From: a virus
Lineage: Duplodnaviria > Caudoviricetes
DNA length: 64,000 nt
Reading direction: 5' to 3' (one strand)
IMG/VR virus record: IMGVR_UViG_2706795958_000001
Location: 16,651-80,650 of that record
Shown here: positions 49,555 to 57,330 of the stretch, piece after piece
Position numbering within the stretch: the first letter of the stretch is position 1
How the letters are laid out: every line of letters begins with the position of its first letter
Notes under the pieces: generated by a model
Seen by the model: only the letters and a program-made list of their open reading frames with translations
The model's database searches: none
What the model was told of the DNA's origin: nothing
Made by a program: the position numbers and the translations under genes

Positions 49555-49739
49555 GGGACGTATCCGATATCCGTTCCGTAGAGAGCGGTGGTATTACCAA
49601 ATTCATCGCTACATACAAACAGACCATTAAGATCGGCAATACGCTTTTGGTAACGAGAGTCATGGCGGGACGTGTCAATCTTAGAAATTACTTTCCATTG
49701 CTTGCCGTCAAATTCTACAGTTTTTCCGATCATGTCCAT
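49551..49739 (-). CDS. Hypothetical protein
   Basis: Coupled ORF. Confidence 0.5.
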   Translation of the reverse strand: MDMIGKTVEFDGKQWKVISKIDTSRHDSRYQKRIADLNGLFVCSDEFGNTTALYGTDIGYVP

Positions 49740-50215
49740 TACTTGCCTACCTCTCCCTGTGCATGGGTACCGTACTTATGCAGCCAATCGCCTACGGTGC
49801 GTGCCTTCATTTCAACGCTTTGAATTACGTTGTTCACGCCGACCTGAGATTTAAGCAAATCGTATAGTTGCCGCGCCGGGGCCGGGTGAATAAATTCCTG
49901 ATACCAATCGTTCTCGTGATATCCGGCACCATAGGTTACCACTACAAGATATTCAAATCCAGAAAAGTCATCCCTGTCTGAGTATTCTCCTGCCGGTTCC
50001 TCGGTCACACTATCTGGACGCTTAGGTGATGCTTGGGGAATCTGTACTGGTGCGTCGGGACGGTTCTCATCAAGCCATTTTCCGTATGCTTCTTTCTTGG
50101 CTCTGGCTTTACTCTTATCATTAGGTACTGGAATCTGAGGGGGCATCGGGGGAATAATCGGATTGTTCAATTCCTGTCCACCTTCCGGGTCGGAGTTCAA
50201 AGACGATATCACCAC
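49739..50215 (-). CDS. Hypothetical protein (start uncertain)
   Basis: Pro-rich N-terminus. Confidence 0.5.
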   Translation of the reverse strand: MVISSLNSDPEGGQELNNPIIPPMPPQIPVPNDKSKARAKKEAYGKWLDENRPDAPVQIPQASPKRPDSVTEEPAGEYSDRDDFSGFEYLVVVTYGAGYHENDWYQEFIHPAPARQLYDLLKSQVGVNNVIQSVEMKARTVGDWLHKYGTHAQGEVGK

Positions 50216-50708
50216 AGTAAGCCGGGATGACTGCCGGTGTCAAATGGTAATCTAGGCCGTAGCATAGGATTACTTCATTTAGATAAAGTACCGGCATGAA
50301 TAGGTCTCGTGATATTGGACCAGTAGCCGGGGTGAATACTGTCACCGGATATACCGGTTGACTGTATATATTTGAAGAATTAAACGCACCCTCGTATTGT
50401 TCAAACTCACCTATTTCATGCGGTCTACTTGGGCAGTTAGCAGCATCCATCCATTCTGCCGCTGGTGTGTTCATATACGGACCAATGAGGTCTGCGCCTG
50501 TACGACTACCCAGTAGACCGGAGTCCACCTCATATACCTGTGTAGGTGAATAAAATGAGATTGCGTTCTCGGAGTAGAACTGAATAAACCAATCGCCCAG
50601 TTCAATAGGCTTAGGTTCCTTGATCAGATCAATACCGTCAATAACCATCATGTGAATACGCGAAGGCGCATTCTCAGGATGAACGATAGTAATCTGATCA
50701 ATGGTAAT
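50121..50708 (-). CDS. Hypothetical protein (start uncertain)
   Basis: Long ORF in the coding strand. Confidence 0.5.
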   Translation of the reverse strand: MTIDQITIVHPENAPSRIHMMVIDGIDLIKEPKPIELGDWFIQFYSENAISFYSPTQVYEVDSGLLGSRTGADLIGPYMNTPAAEWMDAANCPSRPHEIGEFEQYEGAFNSSNIYSQPVYPVTVFTPATGPISRDLFMPVLYLNEVILCYGLDYHLTPAVIPAYCGDIVFELRPGRWTGIEQSDYSPDAPSDSST

Positions 50709-50712
50709 CATG

Positions 50713-50895
50713 TTAAAACTCGCAATCTTTCTTATGACTAATGTCGTGAATCCATACATACTCCATTATCAATATGTCCTCAAACTGAGTAATTGGCTCA
50801 TGACAATTACAGCAAACGGCTTTGGACCTGGACTCTCCATTCAGGGTCTGCTTCATGGAGCTTGGAACCGGGTGGGCGGTTGGATTCATAGACAT
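50713..50895 (-). CDS. Small Zn-binding protein
   Basis: C.NCH..I...WIH...C. Confidence 0.5.
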   Translation of the reverse strand: MSMNPTAHPVPSSMKQTLNGESRSKAVCCNCHEPITQFEDILIMEYVWIHDISHKKDCEF

Positions 50896-51021
50896 ATTGA
50901 CACCCTTTCTTAAAGCAGTCGTAGCACTTACGAATGAATCTAGGATTCAGTGATCGTTCCACTCCTACGTACATACCCATGCCGCATCGAGCACAGGTGA
51001 GACTGATTACAGGGTCTCGGT

Positions 51022-51429
51022 TCATGAGTAGATTTTCTCTAGAAGATGATCTACAAGTCTATCTCCCCATTTCTGGTACCAATGCTTTTTACCCTCATCT
51101 TCTCGTTCACTATTCCACCGTGCATCGTAGAGCTTATCATACACATGTGTACTGCACAGCTTACTAATTGAACCATCAGTATTTGAATAAATGTAATGGG
51201 CATTAAGCTTGCAGCGTGCCTTATCTCGTGCAGCCTGAACCTGTTCGTCTGTTTTGCTACCCTTCCGATCCTCATACATTGCATAGGACGGCAGCTTTCC
51301 AAATTTAAAATGCTCGCACTGCGATTCACCTAGAAACTCTGCCACACGCGGACAAGAAAGCATTACCTCTTGGCGAGTATTCAGGCGCAAGTAAAATGGT
51401 TCAGGAAACTTCTGCTTGAATTTAGTCAC
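51022..51429 (-). CDS. Hypothetical protein
   Basis: Coupled ORF with Cys/His residues. Confidence 0.55.
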   Translation of the reverse strand: MTKFKQKFPEPFYLRLNTRQEVMLSCPRVAEFLGESQCEHFKFGKLPSYAMYEDRKGSKTDEQVQAARDKARCKLNAHYIYSNTDGSISKLCSTHVYDKLYDARWNSEREDEGKKHWYQKWGDRLVDHLLEKIYS

Positions 51430-51623
51430 TATGGAATCTCCTTAATATAAATGACAGTCTTATCATCTTCGGAAGTAATAACCATGCCGGTAAACTGGTA
51501 TTCCTTATCGGTATCGGCATCACGGAATACTAAAGGATAAGTTGCAGTACCTTTCTTTCCCCAATGCTTTTGCAAATGGTCGACGAAATTGTGGCCGTGG
51601 CTCTTTAGTGTTTGGCGTCCCAT
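51429..51623 (-). CDS. Hypothetical protein
   Basis: Coupled ORF. Confidence 0.55.
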   Translation of the reverse strand: MGRQTLKSHGHNFVDHLQKHWGKKGTATYPLVFRDADTDKEYQFTGMVITSEDDKTVIYIKEIP

Positions 51624-51907
51624 TTATACATCATCCCCATTCCTCAGTTCCTCTAGTTCCATTTCAAGGTTCTGAACCTTTTCTTCCAGGTCTTCCACTT
51701 CTTTAGCCCATTCGTTATCTAGATCGGTAATCTTACCTGCAACATGATTAGCCCAGAAATTTAGGCCGTTATTTTCTTTGTCGATATTTGATACTGGTCT
51801 CAGTGGCCTAAAGTATTCCTGCCAGTTCTTTGCGTCGTCGGTGTCACAGCCTGCCGCCCGAATGCAGCACGGCCTAGCATCTCTAGTTCATCGTTTTGTT
51901 CAGGCAT
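51624..51907 (-). pseudogene. Frameshifted coiled-coil gene (one base missing near 51860)
   Basis: ATG 51907 overlaps the upstream stop; the other frame is open without a start and ends TAA adjacent to the next ATG. Confidence 0.5.
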
Positions 51908-52109
51908 CTTTACCACTCATTACGTCTTTAATTAGGTTCATGACCACAGTCTTGCCGTATATTCGATTCCAGGATACTGCATTCATTCCCCTAGAAAAGG
52001 CTGTAACAGCTTTCTTCTGGTGGTCGTCTAGTTCGATATCTCGCTTTTTAGCTAGAGCAAATACACTATCGGCTAGATCAAACTCTTCTGGATCGGGCAA
52101 TCTTCCCAT
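51900..52109 (-). CDS. Hypothetical protein
   Basis: Coupled ORF; D.HQK..V...R..GKT. Confidence 0.5.
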   Translation of the reverse strand: MGRLPDPEEFDLADSVFALAKKRDIELDDHQKKAVTAFSRGMNAVSWNRIYGKTVVMNLIKDVMSGKDA

Positions 52110-52556
52110 TTATTCCTCATCGGGGCAGTATGAATTAATTGACGCGGCGACAATATAGATAATCTCATCCTGAGTAAACAAATTGTCAGTATCACTAAGA
52201 TATAGATCAATCGCTGCCTCGGTACCGGTGGAATAAGTACCATCATTAAGATCGGTACAAATAGCTCGACCGAAATCAATCATCTCTGATTCAACACCGC
52301 CGTATTCAATGGTGACTTCACCGTCAGTAATCTCACCGGCATTATCCAGAAGCATAATAAAACGCTCATCGGGAGTGTCTACGCGGGTCTCTTCGGTGGC
52401 CGGAACGACATTCGTCGCCGGAGCTTGCGTCTGGGGGCCGCTACCGCTGCCCTGTGCATAGCCCTCGGAGAAGTCATCGCATCCGGTGAGCATAGCAACA
52501 CCGATAGCGCTAGTAAACAGCGTAGCGATAATTCGTGCTTTAATATTAGTAGCCAT
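52110..52556 (-). CDS. Lipoprotein, DUF732-like
   Basis: Signal peptide with lipobox LTGC; G.AIC..L..G...A...YCP. Confidence 0.78.
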   Translation of the reverse strand: MATNIKARIIATLFTSAIGVAMLTGCDDFSEGYAQGSGSGPQTQAPATNVVPATEETRVDTPDERFIMLLDNAGEITDGEVTIEYGGVESEMIDFGRAICTDLNDGTYSTGTEAAIDLYLSDTDNLFTQDEIIYIVAASINSYCPDEE

Positions 52557-52867
52557 TATACTTCATCTCCTATTTCAATCTCTTCATAAGTAGTTTCGCT
52601 AACTTCACGCCATTGTGTACGGCATTCACCATCATCGTTACGCTTGACGCAATCACGCAAGCGAATTTCCCAACTCTCGGGATTGGTCTGCCAGATTTGA
52701 TTCTGAGTACAGATGCCTTTTGCGTCACATACTGGCACAAGAATAAGACTAGTGCTTTCCTCGTTATAACGCTTCTCGATTACTTCGCCATGCTCTACTT
52801 CATCGCCACACGCCGTGACAATAAACAGGGACATGAATACTAGTGCAATAAGCTTTTTCATACTCAC
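52556..52867 (-). CDS. Lipoprotein
   Basis: MKK..signal, lipobox VTAC. Confidence 0.75.
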   Translation of the reverse strand: MSMKKLIALVFMSLFIVTACGDEVEHGEVIEKRYNEESTSLILVPVCDAKGICTQNQIWQTNPESWEIRLRDCVKRNDDGECRTQWREVSETTYEEIEIGDEV

Positions 52868-53106
52868 CCCTTCAACTTATTGTATTCAACAGAATGGCGC
52901 ATAGCCAATAGAGCAGCTTCATTGCTCTCGAATATAAACTTCTTCTTAGACTTATTTGCAATAATAACATTGCCGTATCGGTGCAGTGTGCCATCCTGAT
53001 TATCAGGAGCCGGTGCGGAATCATCCGGCAATCCCATGTCTACAACGCTCTGGGTTGCAGGTACAATAATGCACCGCTGTCCGCAGTAGTAACCACCAGT
53101 TTGCAT
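52864..53106 (-). CDS. Hypothetical protein
   Basis: Strong RBS CAGACAGGAGAA. Confidence 0.6.
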   Translation of the reverse strand: MQTGGYYCGQRCIIVPATQSVVDMGLPDDSAPAPDNQDGTLHRYGNVIIANKSKKKFIFESNEAALLAMRHSVEYNKLKG

Positions 53107-53142
53107 TTCGTTCTCCTGTCTGTGCGCCTTGCTGATAACTAG

Positions 53143-53171
53143 ACTCTAGACGGTAACCGACACCAATGCAA
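53143..53171 (-). promoter_or_regulatory. SigA-like promoter
   Basis: TTGCAT-17 nt-TAGAGT on the - strand. Confidence 0.55.
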
Positions 53172-53292
53172 GGGGGAATTTTTCGCACTGAATGCGACGC
53201 TGAGCAGATATGCGCGCCGGGTGGTGATCTTATATCCGGCCGGCGGCGGCGCTCTTGAGGATGCTAATGCTCTAGATAATACCGTGCAGAGA

Positions 53293-53338
53293 CAACAAAA
53301 GGTCGAATGCATATCCCCTATGCACCGACCTTTTGTTG
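53293..53338 (-). terminator. Intrinsic terminator downstream of the tmRNA
   Basis: CAACAAAAGGTCG...CGACCTTTTGTTG inverted repeat with T-run. Confidence 0.7.
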
Positions 53339-53401
53339 CTGCCTAATCAGATTGAAAATCACCCACACAACTAGGAGAACACCATAATCTGATTAGTCAA
53401 G

Positions 53402-53815
53402 TGGACCTGGGGTGAATCGAACACCCGTCCTGTCTTTCTTTGTAATAGCTTCTACGTGCGTAGTTAGTTTAAACGTGAGACTCAGGCTTGTTACTAACAA
53501 CCTACCTGAACATCTTTGCCAATTCTTTTTGCTTACACAGTAGTTGTATATTGGCGATAGCTACTGTGCCTGACTTTTCCTTCTGAGTATGTTATAGGCG
53601 CCGGAAAAGCGGAGTGCCTATAACCTGATTACGCCTTAGCGAGAACGCTGTCGGCGAGGAAAGCCTCGACGTCAGCGATGCCAGCGGCAACGTAATCAGC
53701 GTCAACATTATCGTCGGCGCTTAATTAGGTGATTCATTCGCTTATGGTGGAAATAGAATCAAACACCAGCACGCTTCCAATTACTCTGATCAAACAGTCG
53801 AAACCGATCAGGCCC
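53402..53815 (-). ncRNA. ssrA: tmRNA; resume codon GCC at 53718, tag ADDNVDADYVAAGIADVEAFLADSVLAKA*
   Basis: 5' GGGCCTGATCGGTTTCGAC; 3' GGGTGTTCGATTCACCCCAGGTCCA; G3.U70 alanine identity pair; ATTAAGC-GCC resume context; no encoded CCA. Confidence 0.93.
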
Positions 53816-53842
53816 TTGGTTTTTATTCAATTATAAACTGCG

Positions 53843-53928
53843 TACCCCTGACCGGACTTGAACCGATAAAGCCATAAAGGCTAGAAGATTTTAAGTCTCC
53901 CGCGTATTCCGAATTTCGCCACAGGGGC
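53843..53928 (-). tRNA. tRNA-Leu (anticodon UAA), long variable arm, no encoded CCA
   Basis: GCCCCTG/CAGGGGT acceptor, GGAGA-CTTAAAA-TCTTC anticodon arm, GGTTCAAGTCC T-arm. Confidence 0.93.
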
Positions 53929-53950
53929 TTGCTGTATTTAATTATAAGAG

Positions 53951-54033
53951 TGGAGGCAATAGGATTTGCACCTATCCTAGAGAAATTTGTTCTAGTACTA
54001 ATACCCACTCGCTAAGCGTGATGGTTAACCTCC
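53951..54033 (-). ncRNA. tRNA-like element (acceptor stem + T-arm, non-canonical D/anticodon arms)
   Basis: GGAGGT.../GCCTCCA; ATAGG-TGCAAAT-CCTAT; CTAGA/TCTAG stem. Confidence 0.55.
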
Positions 54034-54447
54034 CGTATCCCCTCTGTAAGAGAGAACACGCACCGGATATTCAGTTGTCATAAAAATCCTAAGTAATTAT
54101 TTACTACGGGGGAAACATAAATAACACCTAGGAACAATGCACGTGGCTAACTTCTTAACCACGAATCGGCGCTTGCCTGCCTATTTCGTCAGGGGCTACC
54201 ATTATTGCTGGCTTTCGTGCAGGATTGCATCTCCACGCTAGTCCTGTCTACTTACCAGGTTCCCGGTTTCTTTCCCACCGGTAAAGTCAGGTAATGCAGT
54301 CTATATCTCTTTGAACCTCGGAGATGTAGGTGTATATAAACCCATTACCACGACGGTGATGGTAGAGGCACCGATTCCAAAATACTCAATACCATCACCC
54401 GCACTGGACCTAACGCCTATTTATACACGTCCAGTCGTGTTGCCTAA

Positions 54448-55152
54448 TTACTCAGGCGAGTCTGCCTCGTTGTCATTATCGGTGTCAACAGCAGCCTCAG
54501 CATCACTAGCCTGAGTATTATCCTCATCCTTCTTGGGCTTACGGCCCTGTCCGCCGGGACCACGGCCCAACGAGACACGCGCGGCGCGCTTCAACTCGGG
54601 CGAAACGTCAGGCTCGTCACCCTCGTAATCGCTCTCGATCCACTGCACGTAGGTAAATGCCGGAGTAAGGTCGGTATCAGCCTCAGCCTGAACCGCAGCG
54701 AAATCGAGTTCGGCATTACCCTGCAACTTAGCAGCGGCAAGCTGGTATGCACGATGCAGCGTAATAAACGTTTCCTTAAGACGCTGCTCGGGCGTCTTCT
54801 TCGGCGCACCCGGACCGCGACCGGTCGTAGCCTTGGACGGAGCAACCGCAGCGTACTTACGGATCAGAATAAGTCGCTTGGATTCGGCGAACTCATCATC
54901 GAGCATTGCCTTTTCGGACTCATCCTTAAGCCACTTACGCGCGGCGCGCTTAGACTTGGGATTAAGGTCACCGTAAGCAACCTTAGCGGCCTTAACAGCA
55001 TCCGACTTGTCATCCTTGGCGGATTCACTGTCGATGGCCGCAACGGCGGTCTCAAATGCCGAATAATCAACCGGCTCGTTATCCTCGGTCTCAGCCTCAG
55101 GATTGACGGTCTCGTTGGTGACGGTCTCGTTCTCGACAACAGCAGTAGTCAT
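54448..55152 (-). CDS. Hypothetical protein, strongly GC3-biased (probably highly expressed)
   Basis: 234 aa with acidic termini, own promoter and structured leader. Confidence 0.8.
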   Translation of the reverse strand: MTTAVVENETVTNETVNPEAETEDNEPVDYSAFETAVAAIDSESAKDDKSDAVKAAKVAYGDLNPKSKRAARKWLKDESEKAMLDDEFAESKRLILIRKYAAVAPSKATTGRGPGAPKKTPEQRLKETFITLHRAYQLAAAKLQGNAELDFAAVQAEADTDLTPAFTYVQWIESDYEGDEPDVSPELKRAARVSLGRGPGGQGRKPKKDEDNTQASDAEAAVDTDNDNEADSPE

Positions 55153-55313
55153 GATGTTCTCTCTTTCGTTGGGAACCTTGTGGTTCGGTTGTTTGGGTCT
55201 TCAATTATGTGAAGCTTGTGCGGCAGAGTCGAGAGTACTTGTTGGTGTCCCGGTGAGTCAAGTTCATCTGAACTTCCGTCTCGACCCTGCCGCCGTTGTT
55301 TTGTTGTGACTAC

Positions 55314-55343
55314 AACCTAGCACGCGGGTTTTCGACTGCGCAA
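55314..55343 (-). promoter_or_regulatory. SigA-like promoter
   Basis: TTGCGC-18 nt-TAGGTT on the - strand. Confidence 0.55.
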
Positions 55344-55381
55344 CCCTTTGCCCTAACTTTTTTCTCCTGTCGGGTGCCTAC

Positions 55382-55624
55382 CTAGGTTTTCCTGCTGAAA
55401 TGCTTCTCATCCACCATGACCGGGCTACCAGGATTGCATCGTCCGGCCATGATACGGGCGTGTCTGGCCTTAGTGTAACTCTCAGACGACACGGACAGAG
55501 TTAGGTGGTTACCGGCCTTGCGTGCCCACCGCCATTCATTATTCAATTCACTTTTATAGACAATAACGTAATCGTTAGCTGCCACGGTTATCATCTTATA
55601 AAGCGCTCGTGCTTGTTTACTCAT
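55382..55624 (-). CDS. Hypothetical protein (YegP/DUF1508-like pattern)
   Basis: VYKS...EWRW..KA.N...L..SSESYTK. Confidence 0.6.
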   Translation of the reverse strand: MSKQARALYKMITVAANDYVIVYKSELNNEWRWARKAGNHLTLSVSSESYTKARHARIMAGRCNPGSPVMVDEKHFSRKT

Positions 55625-55679
55625 TATATTTCTCCATTGCTTTTTGTGTCTGCTTTTCTAGGTATTTAATCTGAATTGC

Positions 55680-55940
55680 TTACTCCCAATCCAGTTCAAA
55701 TTCAAATGGCTGAACAGCGCCTGCACCAAACCTATCAAAAGCTTTAATAAAGCTCGTTACTTTGTCATCTGGTGGATTTGTTACATGCAGGTTTCTACCT
55801 TCATTTGTCTTTCCAACTAATGCCAGGGGGGACACACCAGGGTCTTCGATGCCCGCATCCGACATTGCCAGGGCAATAGGGCAACTATGCGGTTCACTAA
55901 TGCCTTCACTAATATTTTCTTGAGTTACTGTGATCTTCAT
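55680..55940 (-). CDS. Small protein, paralog of 56303..56569
   Basis: MKITVTQE.I..G...CPIALA...FIKAFD...VQPFEFE; AGAAAGGA RBS. Confidence 0.7.
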   Translation of the reverse strand: MKITVTQENISEGISEPHSCPIALAMSDAGIEDPGVSPLALVGKTNEGRNLHVTNPPDDKVTSFIKAFDRFGAGAVQPFEFELDWE

Positions 55941-56010
55941 ACCATTCCTTTCTAAAAAACCAGCTTTTATTCGCGCCAATATTTGAAAGAGCCATAATTT
56001 TTAAGCTCTG

Positions 56011-56313
56011 TTATTTGAACAGGTACGGTACAATTTCTTTTGGGTTTGCATCAAATTGTAGTTCATGTCCTTCACGGAATGAACCGGGAGCCTTAACAAA
56101 CTTGCCATATTGAAAATAGTACACAGCCTTTGCTAATGCTTTATCTTTCTGGGCAATATCAAACAATAGTCCGGGATTTAGTTCCGACCACTCCGCTAGA
56201 GTTTCGATATCAATACTGACACCTTTAGTTGCGCCTGTAATCCATCGAAACAGTCTCATGTACCGTTGGTCCGTGGAAGGAAATCCGGCGTAATTACGTA
56301 GACTAATTCTCAT
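56011..56313 (-). CDS. Hypothetical protein
   Basis: ATG overlaps the upstream stop. Confidence 0.6.
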   Translation of the reverse strand: MRISLRNYAGFPSTDQRYMRLFRWITGATKGVSIDIETLAEWSELNPGLLFDIAQKDKALAKAVYYFQYGKFVKAPGSFREGHELQFDANPKEIVPYLFK

Positions 56314-56569
56314 CTTTGTACTTTCTCGCTTCAAAAGTAAATGGCTCAACAGGGTGACCGTCGTCAAATGATTTAATAAATCGCTTTGCAACAGAAGGCA
56401 CCCTATAATGATTAATCATTAGATCATTATGCTTGCTTGCTGATATTTCAAATGTAGAAACTTCTACATTATTAAATCCTTTTTCTTTTAATGCCAATGC
56501 AATAGGACAGTTGCATATTTCCCACCGTTTGCCCTTATCAATGTGTTCCTGGGTTACTGTTACTTTCAT
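56303..56569 (-). CDS. Small protein, paralog of 55680..55940
   Basis: MKVTVTQE.I..G...CPIALA...FIKSFDDG..VEPFTFE. Confidence 0.7.
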   Translation of the reverse strand: MKVTVTQEHIDKGKRWEICNCPIALALKEKGFNNVEVSTFEISASKHNDLMINHYRVPSVAKRFIKSFDDGHPVEPFTFEARKYKDEN

Positions 56570-56671
56570 TATTTTCTCCCTCGAATGGATTAGGCAATGG
56601 GTTAAACGCTTGCATTAATTTCAGCGCTACTTGCGTTGGTACAAATAGCACAGCTTTTATCAAAAAAGCCA

Positions 56672-56869
56672 CTACGGTCTCCTTTTATTCTTCTTAATTT
56701 GGGGGGCTTTTTTCTCTGTAACTATTTGAACGAGACATTCCGGCGAACAAACAGTTTCGCTTGGCCCAAGGATAGGATGCATTTCGAGGTTATCCTCAAT
56801 CTTTATTTTAATTGTGAATTCCCATTGCACTTCTTTTCCGCAATTGTCGCAAAAGAATTTTATTGCCAT
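56672..56869 (-). CDS. Small zinc-finger protein
   Basis: CDNC...CSPEC. Confidence 0.6.
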   Translation of the reverse strand: MAIKFFCDNCGKEVQWEFTIKIKIEDNLEMHPILGPSETVCSPECLVQIVTEKKAPQIKKNKRRP

Positions 56870-56884
56870 AATTTCTCACTTTCT

Positions 56885-57044
56885 AAAAAAGCCATAATTT
56901 TAAAACTCCAATATTTGAACAGGCAAAAAAGCCAGCTTTTATTTGCGCCGATATTTGAACAGGCAAAAAAGCCATAATTTTAAAACTCCAATATTTGAAC
57001 AGGCAAAAAAGCCATAATTTTCAAGCGCCAATATTTGAAAGAGG
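56885..57044. repeat. Four tandem 40-bp repeats (iteron-like)
   Basis: AAAAAAGCCA(TAA/GCT)TTT...CCRATATTTGAA(C/A)...; units 1 and 3 identical; dispersed copies near 55960-56005 and 47036-47070. Confidence 0.9.
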
Positions 57045-57110
57045 AAAAACACGGAATCCTGAAAATTCCTGAAATCAAAATATGCACAAATTTTCTGAAT
57101 AATTCCGTGT

Positions 57111-57170
57111 CACCTAATACAAACATTGGTACAAAATGCATTTTCACCTAATACAAACATTGGTACAAAA
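57111..57170. repeat. Two 26-bp direct repeats, 34-bp period
   Basis: CACCTAATACAAACATTGGTACAAAA x2. Confidence 0.9.
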
Positions 57171-57171
57171 A

Positions 57172-57330
57172 TTATTCATGCTTCCATCGTGGACGTAGGC
57201 ACTTGTCCCCTGACGTTCCAACTACAAATAAGCCTAGGCTAATTTGCACAGAATTTTGATAGCCACACAACCTCGAATTAGGCACAGGCACAAATTCATG
57301 GTCTGATACTTTGTCTTTATTCTTAGGCAT
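57172..57330 (-). CDS. Small hypothetical protein
   Basis: ATG overlaps the upstream stop, AAGGAAGG RBS. Confidence 0.5.
   Translation of the reverse strand: MPKNKDKVSDHEFVPVPNSRLCGYQNSVQISLGLFVVGTSGDKCLRPRWKHE

Noticed and set aside
53402-53928. attP/attB duplication at the tRNA or tmRNA (prophage boundary)
   Set aside because: No second copy of either 3' end in the window; both genes are embedded among phage genes and the tmRNA tag is not host-like
53823-54008. 61-aa ORF in the track
   Set aside because: Overlaps tRNA-Leu and the tRNA-like element
54008-54022. TTA-loop hairpin in the tRNA-like element as an ochre suppressor for the TAA at 22728
   Set aside because: The loop is 3 nt, not in the anticodon-arm position, and lacks U33; coincidence is more likely
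54175-54223. Hammerhead ribozyme-like core (CTGACGA and GAAA on the - strand)
   Set aside because: Stem III lacks the required A15.1-U16.1 pair followed by the cleavage triplet, and no stem I can be formed
56885-57044. CRISPR array (repeats plus a Cas4-like gene in the genome)
   Set aside because: Repeats are head-to-tail with no unique spacers; the Cas4-like protein is a stand-alone phage exonuclease 30 kb away
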